This document shows positions 49,770 to 60,554 of a stretch of 64,000 bases of DNA, one piece after another. Within the stretch, counting starts at the first letter, position 1; the number at the start of each line of letters is the position of its first letter. The stretch is taken from NCBI GenBank assembly GCA_963514005.1, contig OY740782.1, forward strand, positions 107,260,001-107,324,000, read 5' to 3'. Source of the DNA: Raja brachyura (Eukaryota). The notes beneath the pieces are model-generated. The model was not told where the DNA came from, ran no database searches, and saw nothing but the letters and a program-made list of their open reading frames with translations. A program made the translations under genes and the position numbers.

Positions 49770-50330
49770 AGAGCTATACAGCACAAAAACAAGCCCTTTG
49801 GCACAACTCATCCTTGCCAACCATGATACCTATTTACTTTAATCCTATATTTCAGTATTCGGCCTGGATTTCTACTCTTCTCCTATTCAAATACCCGACC
49901 AAATGCCTTTTTAAACATTGTAACCATCTCTGCATACCTCCTCCTCCTCAGACAGCTTGTTCCATATAACCATCAACCTGCATGTGACCTTTTGACGTGT
50001 ATAAGATCATGAGGGCTAAATTGAACGTTCACGGTCTTTTCCCTCCCATAGTGGAGTATTCTGAAACTAGAAGGCACAGGCTTAAGGTGAGAGGGGAAAG
50101 ATTTAAGAGGGAACTCAGGGGCAATATTTTCACTCAGAGAGTAGTCTGTATTTGGAATGAACTGCCAATCGAAGCTATAGAAGTGGATACAATTATAACT
50201 TTTAAAATATATGGATAGAAAAGTTTAGAGGGGTCATGGGCTAAATGAGGCAAGTACAGTATGCTAATGATGGCATTGGCAAGGCAAGCCTATGAGCCTG
50301 TTTCCGTTCTACAGCTTTATGAATCTATTA
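49770..50330. mobile_element. Two CR1 3' ends in opposite orientation
   Basis: ORF 49997..50218 TRRHRLKVRGERFKRELRGNIFTQRVVCIWNELP, with an inverted 3' UTR copy at about 49770-49985. Confidence 0.75.
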
Positions 50331-50581
50331 CCAACTCTGATATTTAAAAGTCAGTGCAAGGTGACTCTTTGAATCTGCAGAAACAGCAGCTTTATTATGA
50401 ACCACTGCAGTTGAGATTACGATTGCCACCTCACTATTTAAGAAATTACCATAGATATCAATGCAAAATTCAACATCTTTTAATCCACTCAAACCATTTT
50501 TGTCTAACACTGTGTGTGCCTGTGACTCTCGGTGAAACCATCCTTATTATACCTGCAGTGCATCACTACAACTCACAAGAT

Positions 50582-50792
50582 AGACAAAAAAAGCTGGTGT
50601 AACTCAGCGGGATAGGCAGCATTTCTGGAGAGAAGGAATGGGTGATGTTTTGGGTCGAGTCCCTTCTTCAGAAGTCTCGACCCAAAACATCACCCATTAC
50701 TTCTCTCCAGAGATGCTGCCTATCCCGCTGAGTTACTCCAGCTTTTTGTGTCTTCGGTTTAAAACGGTACCTGCAGTTCCTTCCTACATGAA
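50582..50792 (+). mobile_element. Penelope-derived fold-back insertion with 12-bp TSD
   Basis: AACTCACAAGAT at 50570-50581 and 50793-50804. Inverted arms of about 78 bp. Confidence 0.9.
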
Positions 50793-51300
50793 AACTCACA
50801 AGATGAATCACCATCCACAAACAGGGCTGAGTTGTTCAAAGTTCATTCAGGCATCCAATCATTCTGTCACTGACTGCGACATCAAGCAAGAAAATAAATG
50901 AAACTTAATTTATGAATTTCAATGCATGTTGCTACTTCAAAAGAATAGGGGAAAAAAGGTCACTGTTAAACAAAATGGAAATTCATCTAATCGCTATGTA
51001 ATTTTTATTTGGTTGAAATTAGTTCAGCTGACATCTCAATTTTTCACACTGTGGCATATTCTGTACACTAGGTGATACTGAAAAGATTTTGCTCTATTGG
51101 CGATTTTCACCGAGTAAAATTAACTGTGCACTCAATTTGCTGCACGCTATTTGTTTAAATTAAGATCATATTCCATCCAAATCAGAGAGTGTTGGCATTT
51201 GAAAGAATAATTATAACGTGGAAAATGGTCAATTATGTCTGTCATGGAATGCTATTGAAGAGGATGCAAATATCCTTTGATGTTCTAATGGTAAGCTTAC

Positions 51301-51448
51301 CATGTTGCAACCCGGACAGTCGTCACCATTCTGACACGTTCTTCTCCGAGCCTGAACCCCTCCTCCACATTGTGCAGTGCAACGTTCCCATGGACCCCAA
51401 GGTGTCCAGAATGTGTATGGAGGACACTGCAAATGCTCATTGCAATAC
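51301..51448 (-). CDS. SEMA5A: Semaphorin-5A TSP1-repeat exon (most 5' exon in the window)
   Basis: ctttccAG|G TAT TGC ... AAC ATG|GTAAG; 148 nt, phase 2 to 0; RYCNEHLQCPPYTFWTPWGPWERCTAQCGGGVQARRRTCQNGDDCPGCNM. Confidence 0.96.
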
Positions 51449-51579
51449 CTGGAAAGGAAACACGCAAAATTACACACTCATAGAGTAGAGTGATCATCAT
51501 ATAAAATAAAGAGTGAATCATTATAGCCTCACTTCCTTTTTGATATAACTCGCACTCTCTGTTGATTTGGTAAAAGTAA

Positions 51580-51855
51580 GGCAGCAAGGTGGTGCTTACA
51601 GTGTCAGAGACCCGGGTTCGATCCTGACTACGGGTGCTTGCCCGTACGGAGTTTGTACGTTCTCCCCGTGACCTGCATGGGTGTTCTCTGAGATTTATGG
51701 TTTCCTCCCACACTCCAAAGATGTACAGATTTGTAGGTTAATGTCTCTAGTGTGTGCGTGTAGGATAGTGTTCGTGTGCGGAGATCGCTGGTCGGTGTGG
51801 ACTCGGTGGGCCAAAGGGCCTCTTTCGGGCTGTCTCTAAACTAAACATTAAAACT
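51580..51855 (+). mobile_element. HE1/V-SINE-like SINE
   Basis: cccgggttcgatcc B box, V-domain ggagtttgtacgttctccccgtgacctgc...tttcctcccacactccaaag, and a CR1-like tail with (ctaaa)n. Confidence 0.88.
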
Positions 51856-52363
51856 AAGGCAGTAACTTCTTAAAATAAGATAATGTAAGGAACTCAAAGG
51901 ACATTGTCAGTATTGTACAAATTGGAAGAAAACTTTGCAATGCAGGCATAAATGTGACCCTATAATGAAAATAAAGTAACTTTAAAATTATATTACATGG
52001 GAATTAAACACAACAATAAAACTGTCTAACCACGGATGATTAATGTTTCCAACATCAGTAAAAGAGGCTGCCTTCATTCTCTCCCTCAGGACTTGGAATG
52101 TAATGAACAGCTCATTGGATTCAGGCTTTTGCTGAGCATGATGCAGCTTTGGTTCACAATAGCCGATTAAATACAATGGTAGCATGATAATCAAATGATT
52201 CACAAAGGAAGTTTTGCTAAATCTGGCAACATTCTTATGAAAAGCTTTCTCAGAGACATTTATTTATCATACCTAATTGTGAATGCTATTGAATGATGAG
52301 ATGCTAGATTGGCAAATCACTGGTATACGATGAGCACGTGACCATACTTCTGCCAACATTTTA

Positions 52364-53747
52364 AACCCCTGTCTCACGGTGCGAGTTGGCCCACGAGTGA
52401 CCCCGAGTTTTCACTCGTGGTGATCACGTACAGCCAACGTAGCGGGAACGTCGGAACTCGCGCGATCAACTTGTCCACTCGTGGCGCTAACGGCAGGTAC
52501 CCGTGAAACTTGTGAACTCGTGAAAAAAGTCAAACATGTTTGACTTTTTCCACGAGTCAAATTTCGTGGTCAAGTTTAAAATTGAAACATTTAAACTCGT
52601 TGCATTATCGTAGTGGCCCGTACGTTAAGTTTAGTGATCCGTGCGTCTACCGTGGGAACTCTTTAATAGACACAAAATGCTGGAGTATCTCAGCGGACCA
52701 GGCAGCATCTCTGGAGAGAAGGAATGGAGTCGAGACCCTTCTTCAGACTTACCCAAAACGCCACCCATTCCTTCTCTCCAGAGATGCTGCCAGTCCCACT
52801 GAGTTACTCCAGCATTTTGTGTCTATCTATACTTTAGTTTCGGATATGATCAAGTGTAAGAAACGGAAACCAGACTACTTTCACATCAGAGAATCCTAAT
52901 GTTCCTAATTTGGCCGAGGCACTTCACTGTCCGTGTGTAGGAAGGAACTGCAGATGCTGGTTTACACCGACGATAGACACAAACATGCTGGAGTAACTCA
53001 GCGGGACAGGCATCGCCTCTGGAGAGAAGGAATGGGTGATGTTTCGGGTCGGGACCCTTCTTCAGACTCCCCGCTCATTCTTCCCTCGTCGATGTGAACT
53101 TGTGGGGGTGCGAGGAATCGGGCGTCGCTGGGTAAGGGGAAGAAAGGTTTTACTGCTGAATTATGCGCAACAGAAGCATGAAGTGGGGGTAAGGTCCGTT
53201 TAAACTATCTTGTCGTCGTCCGCCCCCCCCCCCCCCCCCCCACAATGTTGGGAGAGAGAGGGGAGAGAGTTGTGCAAACAAACCACGGGAGACTGCATCT
53301 TTGGAGGGAAATCATAAAATGTATAGGGATGTTTCGGGCCGGGACCCTAAAGATTGACTACCCGTTTCGCAGATGCTGTTCCTAGCCCCCCTCTCACAAC
53401 TCCCCACCCATAGTCTTTGCCTTCTCCCAATTCCACCATCCCTTGCCCCCCCCCCCCCCTCCCCCAACCTGTCCTTGCCTGAACTGCTGAAGATAACCGA
53501 GTGCTTTAAATGCGAATCCCGGACTGCGGCAACAACACACGCCCTGAGCGGGAGAGGAACTTGGTAACTCAAGAGCAAACGGGAGAGGAACTTGGTAACT
53601 CTGGAGACGATCTCGGAACATCGCAGATTACCATACCCGTGGGAACTCGCCACAAACACTTGCACATCAACTTGGAATATCGTACACAACCACGAGTCTG
53701 TCACTCTGGGTCACTCGTGTGTCAACTCGCACCGTGAGACAGGGCCT
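52364..53747. mobile_element. PIF/Harbinger-like non-autonomous element (about 1.4 kb) containing Penelope terminal-repeat insertions
   Basis: TIRs CCTGTCTCACGGTGCGAGTTGGCCCACGAGTGACCC / GGGTCACTCGTGTGTCAACTCGCACCGTGAGACAGG; TAA/TTA flanks; internal ACTCGTG repeats; inserts at about 52667-52830 and 52935-53068. Confidence 0.85.
53034..53068 (-). ncRNA. Putative minimal hammerhead core, sense to the SEMA5A pre-mRNA
   Basis: Minus strand: AGT-CTGAAGA-AGGGTCCCGACCC-GAAA-CATC-ACCC. Confidence 0.5.
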
Positions 53748-54204
53748 TTAGTGCGGATAAAACTTAGGTATTCTGAGTTATTGGTAATGTTTTTCTTTGC
53801 TTTTATCTTGTCTATCCTTCCAGGCCAAGCTACCATGATGAATTATACCTCTCAGCAATGAAGTCTAATAAGAGACAGGTATTTTGAAATCATGAAGAGT
53901 TTGGATATATTAAGTAGGAAGATGCAATCTGCACTATGGTTGGCAATCAAACACAAAATAAAGAATATAATCTTAAAGTAACAGCTTAACCGCTTCTACA
54001 TGACCTGCCTGCCTGCCTGCACTTGGCAAGAAAAGATTCTATTGTGTTTAATCGGACAGATTCTATCGCAGACAATCCTCCCCAGCATCTATACATTGCA
54101 GAAATAATCAAAGATCAGGTGGCAGGTTATGTAGGAAGAATGTCTGCTGACAGAACACCAAAGGAGCAATTTATGGAGAGCTGACTGAGGGACAAAGGTC
54201 ACAT

Positions 54205-54620
54205 GGTTTGGTTTGGTTTAGTTAAGTTGATTTCGGTTAGTTTATTGTCACATGTACCAAGGTGCAGAGAAAAGTTTTTCGTTGTTGCGTGCTATCCAGT
54301 CAGTGGAAATGATACAATGATCACAATCAAGCCATCCACATCTGTAGAATTTGGTGATAGGTGTTGAGGAGATGCCAAACTTCCTAGTTGCTTGGTAAAA
54401 ATACTCCTAAGAACATGAAGCTTTCAACCATTTTTACTTCTGCGCCATCAATGGATGTGTACTGCTTTGTTTCCTGAAGTCAATCACAATCCCCATGTCT
54501 TGCTGACAATGAGGAAAAGGTTGTCTTGTCATCAGGTTGTGGGGTTCTCAATCTCCTTCTTGTACTCCACCTCATCATTATTTGATATCTGCCCCACTAC
54601 AGTGATGTCGCCTACAAATT
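54205..54620 (-). mobile_element. Rex1/Babar-like LINE 3' fragment with internal deletions
   Basis: KFVGDITVVGQISNNDEVEYKKEIEN (ORF 54532..54717), and a 3' end tttattgtcacatgtacc with a (ggttt)n tail on the + strand. Confidence 0.7.
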
Positions 54621-55436
54621 TTTTTTTCAAGATGGTGCCTGTCTGTGGTGACATGCTGCTAGCAGCACAGCAGAAAATCATCAATGCATTGGCGCCATTG
54701 CGATCTACCGGCAGCAACGGAGCTGTCGACTGTAAGGGAATTCCTGATTGCAGGGGAATCCCCGACCTGGTGGAGGATCGCAGGAACAGTAAGTACTGTA
54801 CCTGGAAACATCAAGGAGGCCTCCATGGTGTCCGGAAACGTGGCCGGCGGGCAGGACAACAAGTCAGACTGAAACGCACGAGACCACACCCCCTCTCCTT
54901 ACCATCCTATTAGCCAATGTACTGTCACTGGAATATAAAGTGCAGGACTTAAGGTCAACACTGCTATATCAAAGGGGGCTGAGGCAATGCTGTGTGTTCT
55001 GTTTCACAGAGACAAGGCTCACCCCCAGCTCTCCAGACTCAGCCGTCCAGCCTGAAGGTTTGTCCATCCATCGTAGGGACTGAATGCAGGCATCTGGGAA
55101 AGAAGAGGTGGAGGCGTCTGCCTCATGGTCAACTCTTCGTGGTGCTCAGACATGGCAGTCCTGTCCAACTCTTGCTCTCCACACCTGGAACATCTGGCAG
55201 TGAAGTGCCGCCCCTTCCACCTACTGAGCGAATTCACCTCCATCATCCTGACCGCAGTCTACATCCCACCCCAGGCAGATGTCCATCTAGCATTAGGGGT
55301 GCTGCACGCCATGGTCAACAAGCACCAGTCAGTGTACCCCGAAGCCATTACCATCATAGCTGGGGACCTCAACAAAGCCAACCTGAAAAAATGACTCCCA
55401 AACTACCACCAACATGTCGACTGCAACACCAGAGGA

Positions 55437-56280
55437 TTAAAGACAAGGCAAGGCAAATTTATTAATATAGCACCATTCGTACAAGCTGCAATTCATAGTG
55501 CTTTACAAAAGAAACACAAGAATAACATAGTTTAAAAGCATTGCAGAACCACAATACACCACAGGACAACAAAATAGCCAATAATTAAAAATTACATAAC
55601 AAGTAATAAGACAAATGCATGAATAGTAAAACAAAATCACTAAAACAATAAAACGATTTTAAAAGCACATAAAAGGGTTAAGATTAGAAGGTTAAGATTA
55701 CCTGTATGTTGGGTTATGGAAAAGCTACAGTAAACAACAGTGTTTTTAGGCCTGATTTAAATGAGCTTACCTGTGCACACCTCAGGTGTTCAGGGAGCTT
55801 GTTCCACAGGTGTGGAGCATAAAAACTGAACGCTGCTTCAGCCTTTTTAGTTCTGACCCTGGCAACACAGAGTAAACCTGTCCCTGAAGACCTGAGGAGT
55901 CTAGGTGCCTCATATACAACAAGAAGGTCAGAGATGTGTTTTGGACCCAGACCATTCAGTGCCTTGTAGGCCAGTAACATAATTTTAAAATCTATCCTTT
56001 TACACACAGGGAGCCAGTGCAAAGATTTAAGGACAGGTGTAATGTGGTCCATTTTCTTGGTGTTGGTCAAGACTCTGGCAGCGGCATTCTGGATAAGCTG
56101 CAGTTGTTTAATTGATTTTTTACTAAGACCTGTAAAGATGCCATTATAATAATCTAACCTACTGAAGATATATGCATGAACAAGTTTTTCAGTGTCTTCT
56201 TTGGACAGAAATCCCTTGATTCTTGCAATGTTTTTTAGATGGTAGTAGGCAGATTTGGTAATGGTCTTTATATGGCTGTT
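55437..56280 (-). mobile_element. L2-clade LINE 3' part with (CCTTG)n-type tail
   Basis: AYYHLKNIA...SRLDYYN...LQLIQNAAAR...DHITPVLKSLHWLP...AFSFYAPHLWNKLP. Tail reads acaaggcaaggcaaatttatt on the + strand. Confidence 0.92.
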
Positions 56281-56281
56281 A

Positions 56282-56587
56282 AAATAGTAAGATTAAATGA
56301 GAACTTACCAGTTTGAAGTTTGATCTTTATTTTATGAGGAGTTGCGATGAGGGATTTCGTGAAGACCCCGCCAGGCACGCATGTGCGACATTCTTCAAAG
56401 CAGCGGTGTGGAATCACAGAACCAACAACAGAAATTACTTTTTATAGTAAGATTGAAGAGACTCTATATACCAGTTGACCTTATGGTAGAGGGTTGGGAG
56501 CGGAGGGCACGAAATCCCTCATCGCAACTCCTCATAAAATAAAGATCAAACTTCAAACTGTTAAGTTCTCATTTAATCTTACTATTT
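56282..56587. repeat. 80-bp inverted repeat (DIRS terminal extension / ICR)
   Basis: 56282-56361 is an almost perfect reverse complement of 56508-56587. Confidence 0.95.
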
Positions 56588-59500
56588 CATTTCGGAGTCG
56601 CGTGAGTGACTTCGTGAAGATTTCAAAGCTCTGTGATTACATGCCCTGGACCACGTCCATGCTCACACACTGCCGTAATACTGATGGAGGAAGTATGTTA
56701 ACATATTTCAGACTTGAACAAGCTGAAAAATAATAACATTATTGTGAATACAACAATAAACCCCTAAACTCGGGGACAAACTTTTAGGGACAGCACTTAA
56801 ACGTGACTCCACTGGTTAGTTATGTAACCGCTGAAATGTAGTTTCACTGGCCAGTCCGCTATCGCGAGGACATGCTCCATGAACACCTCCATGGTCCTCG
56901 TCGCTGATGTGGATGCAGCCTTGGTAGAATGACATTTCAAAATGTTTAGTGTCTTACCTGCTGCACCAAATACCACCTTGAGCCATCTGGAGATAGTCTG
57001 CACCGTCACCCTGTGACGGGGTTTCCATGGCTGACAACAGATCCGCCTCCATATTCCTGATGGCCATTTCCAGACCTGTAGTCGCAGGTCTGTATAGTTT
57101 AAGTAACTCTTTAATAAAGAAGTTACTTTATTATGGGTTGATCATTCTATCCAGGTTTAATTCCTGTAGAGTCTGGACCCGTTGTGCTGTATTCAGTGCT
57201 ATTGCCATCACCACTTTAAAGGTGAGTAAGTCCAGTGGTAACTCCGTCATAAGCGACCAGATCCTGAGTAGGGTCAACACCACCCTTATCTCTCAGGTAT
57301 TATATCGTGGTCGGGGAGGGATGGATAGAATATGTCCCTCGTAGTTTGGATACCAGCTGGTGAGATCCCCCTCCAATGTTGAGATAGGATGACAGCGCAC
57401 TCCTGGCACTGTAACTGAGGGACTCATCATAATGAAGACCCGTGAGGATGCCAGCACATTGGAGATTGTAGCAGATATGTAGGTGATCTTGGTCCGACTA
57501 CAGAAAACCTCCCATATCCTATGTAGGTGAGGTACTGCTTCCCAGTGGACTTTCTCTGCATGATCTGTATGACGTCCATGGTCCTATATGTTCCAGAAAC
57601 TGGGTACGTTTTCTGCAACACCTGTCTGATGAGGCAGAATGGAGAAAGCATAGAAATCCATTTCCCCCAATGTAGCGAGAACTCGTCCATCGCCACTCCC
57701 GCAGGATCTGGTTCTCAAGAGACACATATATGTATCTAATGGTTCACCTGGACGCAAGGAGGTCGATATCTGGTGTTCCATATTATGCTATAATTTTAGC
57801 AAATATTTGGAGGTTCAACATCCACTTGGTGTCGTTATTAGATACTTGTGACCTGGTATCCGCCACTGTATAGAGCTAACCAGAAGATAAATAGCTGATA
57901 TCCAAATATTTATTTTAATGCACCAGAGCCAATTAATTTTTCCAATTCATCACAAGATATTGACTTGATACCACCCATAAGGTTTGAATATGCCACTTCA
58001 GTGGTATTCTATGGAGATGGACATACGTATGCTGCAGATTAGTGCATTAAGCCCACAGCCCGTGACATGCTCCAAGCATATCTGAGCAGTCCCAGCCGTT
58101 GGTGCTTGCACCGGTTTGTAACATGGCTAATGGGTTTTATGTAAGGATGGGATTTAACAATCACAAACATTGCTAATCCACCATTGTAGTTCAATTTATG
58201 CCTTGATTGGCGGCTGCATAGGCCCGTAAATGTCCAGCATTCGCTATTAATGCCAAGATTTTGCTCTTTGCAAGCTTTGATAGTGTAACGGCCCAATTAT
58301 GTAGCTAGAATGTAGCTACAAGTAACCAATACCTTAGCAGCATGTCTAATAGTCGGTTTCCTGGTGCAAGCAAGGCTGTTATATGCTTCTATGATGTCTG
58401 TTGCTTAGTTCACTGGGATGGTGACAATCAGACCCATGTATCCCATAATGTATGTAACCTCTCTCTTCTTGTGAGGTTATATATGCAGCACTCTCTGGAG
58501 AACCTGACCCCTTGCCTCCATGGTTACCGGCGGGTCTGACGTTCTGGATCCTGGTGTTCCATTGGATTGTGTTGAGGTGCTGCTGACGTGTAGGTCCTTA
58601 CTGGTCTTTCAGGTAGCCCAAGGTCTTGCGTATGATGTTTTGCCTGCGTACTGCCACCCTGCTGGAGGGAGGTGGGTTATCAACCTGACTGCCTCCGTCT
58701 CCTAATCCAGGTCCTTGACCTGTATGGGCAGGTCCTCACCGAACAGCTGTCTCGGTGGTGGCGTCGCAGATGCCTTGTACAACCCCGCAAATATGGGGTT
58801 TAGGAGTCGGTTAAATGGCGATATTCCGGGAAGCGTTAACTTCATGACTAATATCGCAAGAGCATCCTCCTGCTCTGCTGTCATTTCCGTACCGTCAAGC
58901 GACCTGGCAAAGGCAGTAATCCCCGACCTCAGCAATTTCAGTATCTTTGTAATCTCAGCTCCTGTGCCCTATCCCGGGACTGTTGTTGCCGTAGAAGGGC
59001 GTCATTGACTGTACATATAATGATGTTGTTTGGGTCTAGTATTTGTTGACCGTCTTGGTAAGGACCTGTTCCTGCAGCTGGTGTGTAGTGAGGTAGTCCG
59101 CTAGCCCTATAATTGGGCTGCAACATGCTGACCTGTGCTTAGGCTGTGCAAACTTGAAGACCACATTCAGCAGTTCCTCCTAGGTTGTCTTAGGTACTAT
59201 AGGTTCCCTACTTACATGTCAGCCAGCTGCTGATTCGTAGTTTCCCCACAAATGACGGGAACATACTGGGTGGCCCAGCCTCATGTCTCCAGGACTGGAG
59301 GACAGCTAGTCCAGCTGCAGATTGTGCTCTAGGATACGCTCCATCATGCGCTCCATCCAAGCCATGCGACTGTTGCCGCATCTACAGACGACAAGTCGAC
59401 TTCCTCAGGTTCTGGAGAATCTCCGAGGCTTCTGTCATCACCCTGCACCTCGTCGAGGTGATAACAAGGGTGCCTAGACAGGATGTCGCTGCCTGCCGCT

Positions 59501-60554
59501 TCAGCATGGCTAAGCGACTCCCGCACGGACCTGCCGCTAGTCCGTCATTCTCCGGACGGAGGCAGCCAGCTAGACTGATAAGACATGAGCTGTGATGAGT
59601 CGGTCCCGGCCGCCGAAGAGTGGTACCCCGACGTCCGCGTGGGCTTGCCGCCTGTCCTCCTTAGAGACAAAGGTGACGTGTCACGTCCTGCCACTACAAG
59701 GGGGGTGTGGTGACCGAGGTGAGACTGCGCCGACCTGCAATCAGGCAGGCTCCCTCAGTGCTGATTCTGTGTCCTCCTTTGGGACAAAGGCGTCGTTCGG
59801 TCGCGTCCTACCGCTAAAGGGGGGTGCGGTGACCAACACAATCTGGCAGGCTCCCCCGGTGGTAAGTCTATGCCGGCCGTACATGTGGCCCTACAGGCCC
59901 AGGCCTCAATCCTTCACCGGTCCACGATCTGGTGGCCTGCTCCGGTGGAAAGTCGACCCCAGCTCGTATGGCGGGGTTTACCGACTGCTGTGCGATTCTT
60001 CCCCTGGCCCTCCCTCTGGTGACCTGCATATTTGGGAAGAGAGAACGTGCCAAGAATATAACACGTTTACGCACCTTTGCTCCACTGTCGCTATGCTTAA
60101 GTGACAGAGGTAGGGAGTCAGGGTCTTGCCTACCCTACCACTTTACGGCACCATGGTCAGTCGTGGTGGAGAATCGGGTCCTGGCTGCGCAGGGCTCCCC
60201 TGGTTTCCGCGTTTTTATCCCGGCCCGCAGAGCGAGTGCTGCCGGCGTTACGGGCAGCTCCAGGAATAGTGGGCGCTGACTCACATCCGAAGTCCCATGG
60301 CCCTGGAAGGCATACTTCGATGCCTTCATTCTGGTCTCCCATCCATTGTTTCTGTAAGCAAAGTCTAGTACAGAAGCTAAACAACTCAAGGTTAGTATCT
60401 TACCTGAGGGTCTTTATGAGCTTCCGGTGGAGGAGCGCACTCTCTTCCCCTAGCTCCAAAGGTGACCAGAGTCTCATGCGGGACATAGACGGCCGCTAAC
60501 GGTAAGGCCCCCGCCTATGTGCGAGACCCCGGCTCTACTACCTCTATAGGGTAG

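Noticed and set aside
10632-51448. SEMA5B or another TSP1-repeat gene (UNC5, ADGRB, hemicentin)
   Set aside because: The TM exon and the tail AFNKNNLILEERNKYFNP...DLNMYDDY match SEMA5A as I recall it. A BLASTP would confirm.
11703-51477. ORF-track starts and ends for the SEMA5A-containing ORFs
   Set aside because: They run into intron sequence or use the wrong frame (e.g. 23889..24113). Exon limits were set from GT-AG sites and phase instead.
51580-51630. tRNA gene
   Set aside because: Only a B box and partial A box, followed by a V-domain and LINE-like tail, so it is a SINE head with no cloverleaf. The same applies at 31675.
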